The notes beneath the pieces were generated by a model. That model was not told the origin of the DNA. It searched no databases and saw only the letters and a program-made list of their open reading frames with translations. Shown here one piece after another: positions 51,795 to 61,835 of a DNA stretch of 64,000 nucleotides (its first letter is position 1; every line of letters starts with the position of its first letter). Location: assembly GCA_963716135.1 (NCBI GenBank), contig OY970289.1, positions 2,167,462-2,231,461 on the forward strand, written 5' to 3'. A program made the position numbers and the translations under genes. This DNA comes from Pirellulales bacterium (GTDB taxonomy: Bacteria; Planctomycetota; Planctomycetia; Pirellulales; JADZDJ01).

Positions 51795-51810
51795 CCGTTA
51801 ACTCGTCCAG

Positions 51811-53953
51811 ATGAAGGAAGAAAAAGCGGATCTCGAGAGAATGCTTACCGTGCTGGACGCGACCGCAGGGCAATTGCCGGATGATCCTTTGCTGGTCGAG
51901 GATTGGATCGAGCGGCTCACCGCGAACGAACTTCTGGACACGCCGCAGTTAGCCAAGCGAATCGCGGCCGGCGGCGGTTGGGATGCATCCGCATTCGGTC
52001 GCCGCCTCATCGCGCGGATTCAAGAAAGCCGGCGCGAATGGAAAGATGCGATCGTCCGTTGGACGCGGGTGATCGACGCCGCCGCGGGAATCGATCATGA
52101 AGCGCTTTTGAGCCGCGCGGGCTCGGGCACAAGTTGGCGACAATGCCGGGGCATATGCCGACCTGCGGGCGGCCGTCGCGGAAAACGAAGATTTCGGGTT
52201 TCTCACCCGGGCGGCGAAGCTGTATCGGCGACTGCGGCCAAAAGCTGCGCCGCCATCGCTGCGGCAGGCGAAAGTGGCGCTGCTGTCGAGCAGCACGACC
52301 GCGTTGGCGGCGCCGCTTTTGGAATTGGCGTGCTTCCGCGACGGGATCGACGCCACGCTGTACGAGGCGCCGTTCGACAGTTATCGGCAGCAGATTCTCG
52401 ATCCGCAATCGGAGCTGTATCGCTTTGGGCCGGAGGTGGTGTTGATTGCCACGAACTGGCGCGACGCGAACTTGCCGGCGTTCTCGGACAGTCCGGAAGC
52501 CTCGGTCGCGGAGGCGACCCAGAGCTTCGAACAGCTTTGGATTACGCTGCTAAAGCGATTGCCGTGCCGCGTGATCCAGCACAGTTTCGATCAGCCGCTG
52601 GTGCGCTCGTTCGGGAATTTGAGTCACACACTGGCCGGCGGGCGCGCGGCGATGTTGCGAGATCTCAATCGGAGATTTGTGGCCAAGGCGCCGACGGCGG
52701 TCACCATTCTGGATTTGGAATACACGCAAGCCCGTTGCGGCGGGAAATGGTCGGACGACGCAATCTGGCACATCGCCAAGCAACATCCTGCCACCGCGGC
52801 GCTGCCGACGCTGGTGGATCAGCAAGTGGCGCTTGTGCGGGCGCAGTTGGGCCTGTCAAAAAAGGTGCTGGTGTTCGACCTGGATAACACGCTGTGGGGC
52901 GGCGTGATTGGCGAAGACGGTTTGGAGGGGATCGACATCGGTCCGCCATCCCCTGCCGGCGAGGCGTATCAAGCGCTGCAGCATTATGCCAAAGAGCTGA
53001 AAAGCCGCGGAGTGCTCTTGGCCGTGTGCTCGAAGAACAACGAGGCCGACGCGAAGCAGCCGTTTGAGAATCACGACGCGATGATTTTGCGGCTGGACGA
53101 TTTTGCACTATTTCTTGCCAACTGGGACGACAAGCCCGCGAACCTGCGCGCCGCTGCCGAGGCGCTGAGCCTGGGATTGGATAGCTTCGTGCTCTTGGAC
53201 GACAATCCGACTGAGCGGGCGTTTGTGCGGCGCGAGCTGCCGGAGGTCGCCGTGCCGGAGCTGGGAAACGATCCGGCGACTTTCGTGAAAGCGCTCGACC
53301 GGCGGATGTACTTCGAGGCGGTCACGCTTTCGGAGGAAGACCTCCAGCGCCATCAGCAGTATCAAGAAAATGCAGCACGGCATCAGATCCAACAACAGAG
53401 CGGGTCGCTCGATGAATTCCTGCGCGAGCTACGAATGGAGGCGGAATTGGGACCGGTGAACGAATCGGTCTTGGCGCGGGTGGTGCAGTTGTTGGGGAAA
53501 ACCAACCAGTTCAATCTGACGACGCGGCGTCATGGCGAAAGCGAAGTGCGCGAGATGATGCAATCGCCGCGCTGGTGGACGCAGTATTTCAAGCTGCGCG
53601 ATCGCTTTGGCGACAATGGCCTGATCGGGATGATGCTTGCCCGGGAAGCCGACGACACGGCCGGCACGTGGGAAATCGACACGTGGCTGATGAGCTGCCG
53701 GGTGATTGGCCGGAAGATGGAAGAATTGATGCTGGCGACGCTGGTGCAGGCGGCCCAGGAAAGGGGCATCCGGCGGGTGCGAGGGGTTTACATCCCGACT
53801 GCCAAAAACGCCATGGTCGCCGATCTCTACGCTCGGCTGGGCTTTTCGGCCGTCGGCGCCGCGGCAGGGTCGCAGATCTTCGAATTCGACCTGGCGACGC
53901 AGCCGGCGCCGGCGTGCGATTGCATCCAGGTTTTACGCCCCGCTGAGGCGTAA
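51811..53953 (+). CDS. FkbH-like HAD-IIIC phosphatase / acyl-loading protein with a C-terminal GNAT-like region; frame broken once
   Basis: The N-terminus is in ORF 51811-52887(+), real only to about 52125. The rest is in ORF 52274-53953(+), whose frame is open from 52112. ...KVLVFDLDNTLWGGVIGEDGLEGI...LLAVCSKNNEADAKQPF...FLANWDDKPANL...FVLLDDNP are the HAD-IIIC/FkbH motifs. Confidence 0.8.
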
Positions 53954-54159
53954 CGCGCCGAGCCCCCCAATCGGATTGAGACCAACCGCGTGCATTGTGC
54001 CGATTATTCCGGCGCCATGGCCCCGGGGGCGGCGGGCTGCCGGAACTACGACGCAGCGGGAGCGGCGCGGCCCGCGCTATAATGAAGGAATTCCGCGGTC
54101 GCCGGCGCTGGTGAACAGCACTAGCGGCGTCTTCCTCTTCTTCGCACGGCAGGATCGAC

Positions 54160-55286
54160 TTGTCACGTTTGAAAGCGCTGTTGATCTTTGGCACACGGCC
54201 CGAGGCCATCAAATTGGCCCCGGTGGTGCATGCATGCCGCAATCATCCGCAGATCGAATTGATCGTGTGCCTGACGGGGCAACATCGCGAAATGCTGGAT
54301 CAAGTGGTGCAGTACTTCGAGCTGCCGGTCGATGCCGATCTGCAATTGATGCAGCCGAATCAATCGTTGGCGGCGCTGACGGCGCGGTGCGTCGAGGGCA
54401 TCGACGGATTGCTGACGCGATTTGCACCGCACTGCCTGGTCGCGCAGGGGGACACCACGACGGTGATGGCCGCGGCGATGGCGGCGTTTTATCGCCAGGT
54501 TCCCTACGTGCACGTGGAGGCCGGTTTGCGCACCGGAAACTTGCAAGCGCCATGGCCGGAAGAGTTCAACCGCCGCGTGGCCAGCGTGGTGACCACGTTG
54601 CACTGCGCCCGACCAAGTGGGCGGCCGACAATCTGCTGCGTGAAGGAATCGACCCGGCCAGCGTACACGTGACCGGCAACACGGTGGTCGATGCTTTGCT
54701 GTGGACGCTGGGGCGAGAGCGAGAGAGGTCGGGCAAGTGGACGGAGAAATACGCCTTGCTGGGCCAGCGGCGGATGGTGCTGATTACCGGGCATCGCCGC
54801 GAGAATTTCGGGCCGGGGTTTGAAAACATCTGCCAGGCCATTGCCACACTGGCCGAACGGTTTGCGGACGTGGCCTTCGTGTACCCGGTGCACCTGAATC
54901 CGAACGTGCAGGAGCCGGTTTACCGGATGCTCGGAAAACGAGACAATGTGCACTTGATGGAGCCGGTGGCATATCCGGAATTTGTGTGGCTGATGGATCG
55001 CTCGACGCTGATCCTGAGCGATTCAGGCGGCGTACAGGAGGAAGCGCCGTCGCTACGAAAACCGGTTTTGGTGATGCGGGAAACGACCGAGCGGCCGGAA
55101 GCGGTCGAAGCCGGGGCGGTGGAGTTGGTCGGCACGTCGCTGGAGCGGATCGTGTCGGGAGTGACGCGGCTGTTGACCGACGCGAAAGAGTATGCCCGGC
55201 GGCAAATCGATCACAATCCATACGGCGACGGCAAAGCGGCGGAGCGAATCGTGGAATTGATGCTTCAACAAAATTGGCAGAAGTAA
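54160..55286 (+). CDS. wecB: UDP-N-acetylglucosamine 2-epimerase (non-hydrolysing); frame broken once
   Basis: ORF 54160-54672(+) reads [23 protein letters not shown]...[48 protein letters not shown].... The C-terminal half is in ORF 53976-55286(+) (...[11 protein letters not shown]...[12 protein letters not shown]...[10 protein letters not shown]...[30 protein letters not shown]). The junction is near 54605. Confidence 0.9.
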
Positions 55287-55317
55287 ATCTGGCGGAAGTG
55301 AAAACAGGATTGGATGC

Positions 55318-56568
55318 ATGAAGGCTGATTCATCGTCATTCGCCGCGACGGCCCCGATCACGCCGGCCACCACCAGCGTGTGCGTCATGGGCTTGGGCTA
55401 CATCGGGCTGCCGACCGCCAGCATCTTGGCGAACAAGGGTTATCACGTATTGGGCGTCGATGTGCGTCCCGAGGTGGTGCAGACGATCAATCAGGGCGCA
55501 TCCACATCGAAGAACCGGACTTGGAGATTCTGGTTCGTTCGGCGGTTAACAGTGGTCAGTTGAAAGCGGTGAACGAGCCGCAGCCGGCCGACGTGTTCAT
55601 CATTTGCGTGCCGACGCCGATTTGCGCGGATCATTCGCCCGACCTGTCTTACGTGGAGCAGGCGTCGCGGGCGATCCGGCCGGCGGTGCGTCAGGGAAAC
55701 CTGGTGATCTTGGAATCGACCAGTCCGCCGCGGACGACGGAGCGCGTGGTCGTTCCGCAAGCGATTCCGCCGGAGCTGACCGTGGGGCGCGACGTGTTTG
55801 TGGCGCATTGCCCGGAGCGGGTTTTGCCGGGGCGAATTCTGCTGGAAGCGGTGCGGAACGATCGGGTGATCGGCGGGATGACGCCGGCTTGCGCCGCCGG
55901 GCGCGGCAGTTTTACGAGACGTTTGTGCAGGGGGAAATTTTCACCACCAGCGCCGTGGCCGCAGAAGTGACCAAGCTCGTGGAGAATTCGTATCGTGACG
56001 TGAACATTGCGCTGGCCAACGAGCTTTCGATGCTGGCGGATTCGCTGGGAATCGATCCGTGGGAAATTATCGCGCTGGCGAACCGGCATCCGCGGGTGAA
56101 CATATTGCAGCCGGGGCCGGGGGTGGGCGGGCATTGCATCAGCGTCGACCCGTGGTTCTTAGTGCATTCGGCGCCGGAACTGACGCCGCTGATTCGCACG
56201 GCGCGCGAGGTGAACGACCGCAAGCCGCACTTCGTGGTCGAACACGTGTTGGAGTTAGCCAAGCAATTCGCCAAGCCGCGCATCGGCTGCCTGGGACTGA
56301 CTTATAAGGCGGACGTGGATGATCTGCGCGAAAGCCCGTCGCTGGAAATTGTGCGCGAGTTGCACAAGCTGCGGGGGGCGAAGTGATGGCGTGCGATCCG
56401 TACGTGTCGCCGGAGCGATTCAAAGAATTTCCGTTGTTTAGCTTTGAGGAAGTGATCGCCAAGTGCCAGATGCTGGTGCTGCTGACGGATCATCGGCAGT
56501 TCAAAGAGGTGCCGAAGCGCGTGTTGCAGGAGAAGGTGATCGTCGATACGCGGGGATTGTGGCGGTGA
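55318..56568 (+). CDS. wecC: UDP-N-acetyl-D-mannosamine dehydrogenase (UDP-glucose/GDP-mannose dehydrogenase family); frame broken three times
   Basis: There are four fragments. ORF 55318-55563: [32 protein letters not shown] 55380-55970: ...[10 protein letters not shown]...[13 protein letters not shown].... ORF 55604-56386: ...[22 protein letters not shown]...[15 protein letters not shown]...[18 protein letters not shown] 56383-56568: the C-terminus. Junctions are near 55497, near 55905 and in the G-run 56363-56368. Confidence 0.85.
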
Positions 56569-56574
56569 GGAAAA

Positions 56575-56602
56575 GCAGAAGGCAGAAAGCAGAAGCCAGA
56601 AA
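56575..56602. repeat. purine-rich heptamer tandem repeat (GCAGAAR)x4, followed by GGCGGAAG just before the start codon
   Basis: GCAGAAG GCAGAAA GCAGAAG CCAGAAA, then ACGGTGGCGGTAGGCGGAAG-ATG (56623). This fills the whole 54-nt spacer between wecC and the next gene. Confidence 0.8.
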
Positions 56603-56622
56603 ACGGTGGCGGTAGGCGGAAG

Positions 56623-58779
56623 ATGAAACAGGTTGTGCAAAATTTGAGATCGGGCGTGCTGGAGCTGTTGGACGTGCCGTGTCCGCGCGTGTCGGCTGGA
56701 AACGTGCTGATCCAGACGCGGGCCACGGTGATTTCCGCGGGCACGGAGCGGATGCTCGTGGAATTCGGCCGCGCCGGGATGGTGTCGAAGGCGCGGCAAC
56801 AGCCGGAAAAAGTGCGCCAGGTGATCGACAAGATCAAGACGGATGGTTTGCTGCCGACGTTGGAAGCGGTGCTGTTCAAACTCGACGAGCCGCTGCCTTT
56901 GGGCTACTGCAACGCGGGAACAGTGGTGGAGGTGGGGCCGGGCGTGCGGCGATTCGCGGTGGGAGACCGTGTGGTGAGCAACGGCCCGCACGCGGAGATG
57001 GTTCACCGGCCGGAGAATTTGTGCGCGAAAATCCCGGACAACGTGAGCGACGATCACGCGCCCATGGCGATTCTGGGCGCGATCGGGTTGCAGGGCATTC
57101 GGCTGCTGCACCTGGAGCTTGGCGAAAGCGTGGCGGTGTTCGGTTTAGGATTGATTGGGCTGTTGAGCGTGCAAATGCTTGTGAACTCGGGCTACCGGGT
57201 TTTGGCGATCGATCCGGATCGGCGGCGATTGGATTTGGCCCGGCAGTTTGGGGCCACGGTGGTTGATTTATCGACGGGCGTGGACCCGGTGGCTTCGGCC
57301 GCAACGTTTACCGGCGGCCACGGGATCGACGCGGTGCTGATAACCGCCGCGGCCAAGGACGACAACATTGTCAGCCAATCGGCGCGCATGTCGCGGCAGC
57401 GAGGGCGCATCGTGCTGGTCGGCACGACCGATTTGGAATTGAATCGCGCGGAATTCTACGAGAAAGAATTGACGTTTCAGGTGTCGTGCTCTTATGGACC
57501 GGGGCGTTACGATCCGGCGTACGAAGAGCAGGGGATCGATTATCCGTATGCGTTCGTGCGCTGGACGGAGCAACGCAACATCGAGGCGGTGCTGGAGATG
57601 CTGGGCAGCAAGCGGCTTGACGTTGAACCGCTCCTCACGCGTCGCTTGCCCAGCGATCAGGCGGCTACGGCGTACGACTTGTTGGTGAACGATCGCACGC
57701 AGTTAGGCATTGTATTGCAGTATCCGCTGGAGGAGCCGCCGCGCGACCGAATCGTTGCCGTATCACAGCCGGCAAAGGATCTGCCGAAAGCCGAAAAGGC
57801 GCCGGCGACAGGAGAGGTTCGAGTGGGCATTATCGGGGCGGGAATGTTCGCCAGCCGGGTGCTATTGCCGGCTTTGAGAAAAACATCGGCGCGGCTTTGT
57901 TCGATTGCCAGTTCCGGCGGAGTGACGGCGGCGCATGCGGCGCGTAAGTTCGGCATTGCCGCCTGTACGAGCGATCCGCGAACCATCTTCGACGATTCGA
58001 ACATCAACGCCGTGGTGATTGCCACGCGGCACGATTCGCACGCGCGGCTGGCTGCGCAAGCCCTAGCGACGGGCAAGCATGTATTCGTGGAGAAGCCGCT
58101 GGCGATCGACCATGAAGGGCTGGAGGAAATAACCGAGGCGTATCGAGAAACGAAGGGTTTGCAGTTGGCGGTGGGATTCAACCGCCGCTTTTCGCCGCAC
58201 GCCAAGAAAATTCGCGAACTTTTAGCCGGCCGCAGCGCGCCGGCCGCCATGAGCATGTTGGTGAATGCGGGCACATTGCCGGAGGATCATTGGCTGTTGG
58301 ATCCGCGAGTGGGCGGCGGTCGGATGATCGGCGAAGGGTGTCATTGGTTCGACCTGATGTCGTTTGTGCTGGATCAACCGATCGTGGGCGTGTCGGCGGC
58401 GACGACGGGCGATCGATCCGCCAGCCGCGGCGCCGAAGCGACGTCGGTAACGGTGCGGTTTGCCGACGGATCGCAGGGCACGCTTCACTATTTTGCACAA
58501 GGGCACCGTTCGTTTCCGAAGGAACGTTTGACGGTATTTTGCGACGGCCGGGTATTGGAGCTCGATAATTTTCGACGGATGCGGGGTTGGGGCTGGCCAA
58601 ATTTCCGCCGCATGAATCTGTTTCGGCAGGATAAGGGCCATTTGGCGGAGCTGACGGAGTTTGTCCGGAGCGTTTCGGAAGGCGGCGCGCCGCTAATGGA
58701 ATTTTCGGGATTGGCAAACGTGACGGAAAGCACTTTTGCCGCGGCCAAGCTCAAGCCGCAACGATCGGCATTGGGTTGA
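56623..58779 (+). CDS. bi-domain oxidoreductase: Zn-dependent medium-chain dehydrogenase (N-terminal) plus Gfo/Idh/MocA oxidoreductase (C-terminal)
   Basis: ORF 56623-58779(+), 718 aa. ...PLPLGYCNAGTVVEVGPGVRRFAVGDRVVSNGPHAE...VAVFGLGLIGLL... is MDR-type. ...VRVGIIGAGMFASRVLLPAL...VIATRHDSHARLAAQALATGKHVFVEKPLA... is Gfo/Idh/MocA-type with the EKP motif. Confidence 0.8.
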   Translation: MKQVVQNLRSGVLELLDVPCPRVSAGNVLIQTRATVISAGTERMLVEFGRAGMVSKARQQPEKVRQVIDKIKTDGLLPTLEAVLFKLDEPLPLGYCNAGTVVEVGPGVRRFAVGDRVVSNGPHAEMVHRPENLCAKIPDNVSDDHAPMAILGAIGLQGIRLLHLELGESVAVFGLGLIGLLSVQMLVNSGYRVLAIDPDRRRLDLARQFGATVVDLSTGVDPVASAATFTGGHGIDAVLITAAAKDDNIVSQSARMSRQRGRIVLVGTTDLELNRAEFYEKELTFQVSCSYGPGRYDPAYEEQGIDYPYAFVRWTEQRNIEAVLEMLGSKRLDVEPLLTRRLPSDQAATAYDLLVNDRTQLGIVLQYPLEEPPRDRIVAVSQPAKDLPKAEKAPATGEVRVGIIGAGMFASRVLLPALRKTSARLCSIASSGGVTAAHAARKFGIAACTSDPRTIFDDSNINAVVIATRHDSHARLAAQALATGKHVFVEKPLAIDHEGLEEITEAYRETKGLQLAVGFNRRFSPHAKKIRELLAGRSAPAAMSMLVNAGTLPEDHWLLDPRVGGGRMIGEGCHWFDLMSFVLDQPIVGVSAATTGDRSASRGAEATSVTVRFADGSQGTLHYFAQGHRSFPKERLTVFCDGRVLELDNFRRMRGWGWPNFRRMNLFRQDKGHLAELTEFVRSVSEGGAPLMEFSGLANVTESTFAAAKLKPQRSALG

Positions 58780-58798
58780 ACTTCCGGGGGCATTTCCC

Positions 58799-59533
58799 AT
58801 GATTCAAAATCAAAACTGGAAAAAACGTCTGTACGATGCTTACGTTTCCAGCGGGCAGGCGAGCGACCACATTTCCACGGAGCGGACGTTTCAAAGCCGA
58901 GCTCCGTCAGTTAAATCGGTCATCAGGAAACATATACCGGCTAATAAGAGCCTGCGCATTGTCGATCTCGGGTGCGGGCACGGGGCATTTCTATATTTTC
59001 TGAAGCAGGCCGGATATCAGGATGTGGCGGGCATCGACGTTTCAGCGGAGCAGGTGGAGTTGGCGCAACGGCTGGGCGTGCCGGAAGTAGAACACAACGA
59101 TATCAACAGGTATTTGGAAAGTGCGGAGTCGAGTTCGTTCAACGTGGTATTGCTAATCGACGTTCTGGAGCATCTGACTCGCTCGGAGCTATTTGATACT
59201 TTGGATGAGGTGTTTCGGATCTTGAAGCCCGGCGGCCGGTGCATCGCCCACGTGCCGAACGCGGAAGGGCTGTTTGGCATGCGTATTCGTTACGGCGACC
59301 TGACGCACGAGATGGCATTTGCTCCCAAAAGCGCGCAACAACTGTTTGCGACGATCGGGTTCGAGAAGGTGCAGTGTCACGAGGATCGGCCGGTACCGCA
59401 CAGTCTCAAGAGCCTGGTGCGACGAATTGTTTGGGACGTGTTTACGTTGGTGCCTCGTCTGCTGCTGACCGCGGAGACTGGGGAAACGCGGTTTGTCTTG
59501 TCGCAGAACATGCTGATCGTGGCGGATAAATGA
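58799..59533 (+). CDS. class I SAM-dependent methyltransferase
   Basis: ORF 58736-59533(+), ATG at 58799. Motif I is LRIVDLGCGHGAFLYFL, followed by ...VVLLIDVLEHL...ILKPGGRCIAHVPN. Confidence 0.8.
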   Translation: MIQNQNWKKRLYDAYVSSGQASDHISTERTFQSRAPSVKSVIRKHIPANKSLRIVDLGCGHGAFLYFLKQAGYQDVAGIDVSAEQVELAQRLGVPEVEHNDINRYLESAESSSFNVVLLIDVLEHLTRSELFDTLDEVFRILKPGGRCIAHVPNAEGLFGMRIRYGDLTHEMAFAPKSAQQLFATIGFEKVQCHEDRPVPHSLKSLVRRIVWDVFTLVPRLLLTAETGETRFVLSQNMLIVADK

Positions 59534-59592
59534 GCCGCTTCCCAAGTTTGAAATTTTCAGCCGCGCCATCGAGCGAGGCGAGATAAAGCTTG

Positions 59593-60780
59593 ATGTCACA
59601 ACGCTTGGCCATCTTCGACACGCATCCGATCCAATATTTTGCGCCCTTATGGCGGCGGATGGCCGCCACGCCAGGTTTGGAAGTAGTCGTGCATTTTTTC
59701 AGCGATCACAGCGTACGGGGCGGAATCGATCCGGGATTCGGGGTTCCCGTGGCGTGGGACATTCCGCTGACGGAAGGCTACGAACATCGCTTTATCACCC
59801 GCAACGCTGACGTAACGCGGCCCCGTTCGGTTTTGATTCCGGACGTCGACACTCTGCTGCGCGAAGGGCGATTCGATTGCATTTTGTTGCATGGCTACAC
59901 GTGGGGCTTTTGCCGACAGTTGGTGCGAGCGGTGCGCGCCAAGGACATCGGCATGGTGCTGCGCGGCGAGTTTAGCGACGTCGTGCCCTATCAGGGTCGT
60001 ACGGCGGCCAAATCGCTTTTGCGTAATTTGTATCTGCGATGGTTTTATCGTTACGTCGATACGTTTTGCTACATCGGCGAGGAAGCGCGGATGCATCTGG
60101 CGCGTCGGGGGATTCCGGCGAATCGCATGTTCTTTTCGCCGTACACCGTCGATGCTGGATTATTCTCGCAAGAAAAAGAAAAATGTTCGCGAGATGCGGT
60201 GCGGTCCGAATTGAAAATTCGCGACGGGCAATTGGTCATCTTGTCCAGCGGCAAGCTGATTCCGCGCAAAGCGCCGCTGCTGTTGATTCAGGCGATTGCG
60301 AAGCTGCCGGACAATTCGCGAGTGACGCTGGTGCTCGTCGGGGAAGGCCCGCTGCGTGCCGAATTGGAAGCGGCCGGACGCGAGATTCTGGGCGATCGGT
60401 TGGTGATCACTGGCTTTGTGAACCAAAGCCAGATTGGCAAATATTATTCCGCGGCCGACGTGTTCGTGTTGCCTTCAGAATTCGAAACGTGGGGATTGGT
60501 CGTCAACGAGGCGATGAATTTTGGATTGCCGGTCGTCGTGAGCAGCCAGGTCGGCTGCCGGAAAGATTTGGTGGTCGAGGGAGAAACAGGGTTGTCGTTC
60601 GAGGTTGGCAACGCCACAAGTCTCTCCCAGTGCTTGGCGCAATTCTTGCACGATCCTGAGTTGGGGCCGCGGATGGGTCGCAACGCCGCCGAGCACATTA
60701 GCAAATACTCGATCGAGAATGCCGCGGCGGGGATCCAACAGGCGGTTCGGGCCGCAATCGAGAGCAAATCACACGTATGA
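59593..60780 (+). CDS. GT-B glycosyltransferase (family 4/1)
   Basis: ORF 59590-60780(+), ATG at 59593. The C-terminal motif ...ADVFVLPSEFETWGLVVNEAMNFGLPVVVSSQVGCRKDLVVEGETG... is the E-x7-E signature. Confidence 0.8.
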   Translation: MSQRLAIFDTHPIQYFAPLWRRMAATPGLEVVVHFFSDHSVRGGIDPGFGVPVAWDIPLTEGYEHRFITRNADVTRPRSVLIPDVDTLLREGRFDCILLHGYTWGFCRQLVRAVRAKDIGMVLRGEFSDVVPYQGRTAAKSLLRNLYLRWFYRYVDTFCYIGEEARMHLARRGIPANRMFFSPYTVDAGLFSQEKEKCSRDAVRSELKIRDGQLVILSSGKLIPRKAPLLLIQAIAKLPDNSRVTLVLVGEGPLRAELEAAGREILGDRLVITGFVNQSQIGKYYSAADVFVLPSEFETWGLVVNEAMNFGLPVVVSSQVGCRKDLVVEGETGLSFEVGNATSLSQCLAQFLHDPELGPRMGRNAAEHISKYSIENAAAGIQQAVRAAIESKSHV

Positions 60781-61835
60781 ATATTTTGTATGTCGGCGAT
60801 TTGTTTCCCGGCATGACCGCCAATATGCGCCTGCAAGCGTTACGGGAATTAGGACATCAAGTGGTTTCGCTGGACGTACGTCCGCCTGCGGTGGTTCGCC
60901 GGGAGCGACGGCTTGCGTATCGAGTTGCCCGGAAACTGTTCGGGCGACTCGATTTGGCGGGAGCGAACGCGGCGATCATGAGCCATATGCGCCGCGAGCA
61001 TTGCGACGTGTTGTGGCTCGACAAAGCGCTGACCATTGCGCCGCAGACGCTGCGGATGGTTAAATCGATTCAGCCGGCGTGCCGCATCATTGGTTACTCG
61101 ATGGATGACATGTACGCGCGCCACAATCAATCGCGACGGTTCTTGAAAAGTTTGCCGCTGTACGATGCCTACTTTACGACAAAGACCTACGGGGTGGCCG
61201 AGCTGAGGAGCTTGGGCTGCCGGCGGGTGGAATTTACCGGCAATGCATTCGACAAACACACGCACCGGCCGATCGAGTTGACGGCTGAAGATCGGGAGTA
61301 TTTTGGCGCGGACGTCGGGTTTGTGGGCACGTTTGAAGAAGAGCGCGCCGAACTGATGAACTATCTGGCAGAAAATGGAGTGCCGGTGCAGATTTTTGGC
61401 AACGACTGGTGGCGTTGGTCGCGTGCGCACCCATCGATCCGCATCCGGCATCAAGCAATTTACGGCGATCCATACGCCAAGGCGATTTGTGCGGCTCGGA
61501 TCAACTTATGCTTCTTGCGAAAGATCAATCGCGATCTGCAAACGACGCGCTCGATCGAGATACCGGCCTGCGGCGCGTTTATGTTGGCAGAGCGCACCGA
61601 CGAACATTTATCACTATTTGAAGAAGGCAAGGAAGCGGAATTTTTTTCGACCCCGGAGGAACTACTGAGCAAGAGCCGCTATTATTTGGCACATTCGCAG
61701 GAGCGTGAAAGGATTGCCGCCGCCGGGCGCGAGCGCTGCTTGCGCAGTGAATACAGCTACCACGACCGACTGAAAAAGATCTTATCGCAAGTTACCGAGG
61801 CGACGAGGACTATCTCAAAGGAAAACCAGGAATGA
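60777..61835 (+). CDS. CgeB-like glycosyltransferase-fold protein (Glyco_trans_1_2 / DUF3880-like)
   Basis: ORF 60777-61835(+). Its start overlaps the upstream stop (ATGA). MNILYVGDLFPGMTANMRLQALRELGHQV......NLCFLRKINRDLQTTRSIEIPACGAFMLAERTDEHLSLFEEGKEAEFF..EELLSKSRYYLAHSQERERIAAAG. Confidence 0.6.
   Translation: MNILYVGDLFPGMTANMRLQALRELGHQVVSLDVRPPAVVRRERRLAYRVARKLFGRLDLAGANAAIMSHMRREHCDVLWLDKALTIAPQTLRMVKSIQPACRIIGYSMDDMYARHNQSRRFLKSLPLYDAYFTTKTYGVAELRSLGCRRVEFTGNAFDKHTHRPIELTAEDREYFGADVGFVGTFEEERAELMNYLAENGVPVQIFGNDWWRWSRAHPSIRIRHQAIYGDPYAKAICAARINLCFLRKINRDLQTTRSIEIPACGAFMLAERTDEHLSLFEEGKEAEFFSTPEELLSKSRYYLAHSQERERIAAAGRERCLRSEYSYHDRLKKILSQVTEATRTISKENQE

Noticed and set aside
53976-54159. 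The N-terminal extension of ORF 53976-55286(+) as a 436-aa protein.
   Set aside because: The extension is Arg/Gly/Ala-rich. The true WecB N-terminus ([18 protein letters not shown]...) lies in ORF 54160-54672, and the two are joined by a frame break near 54605.
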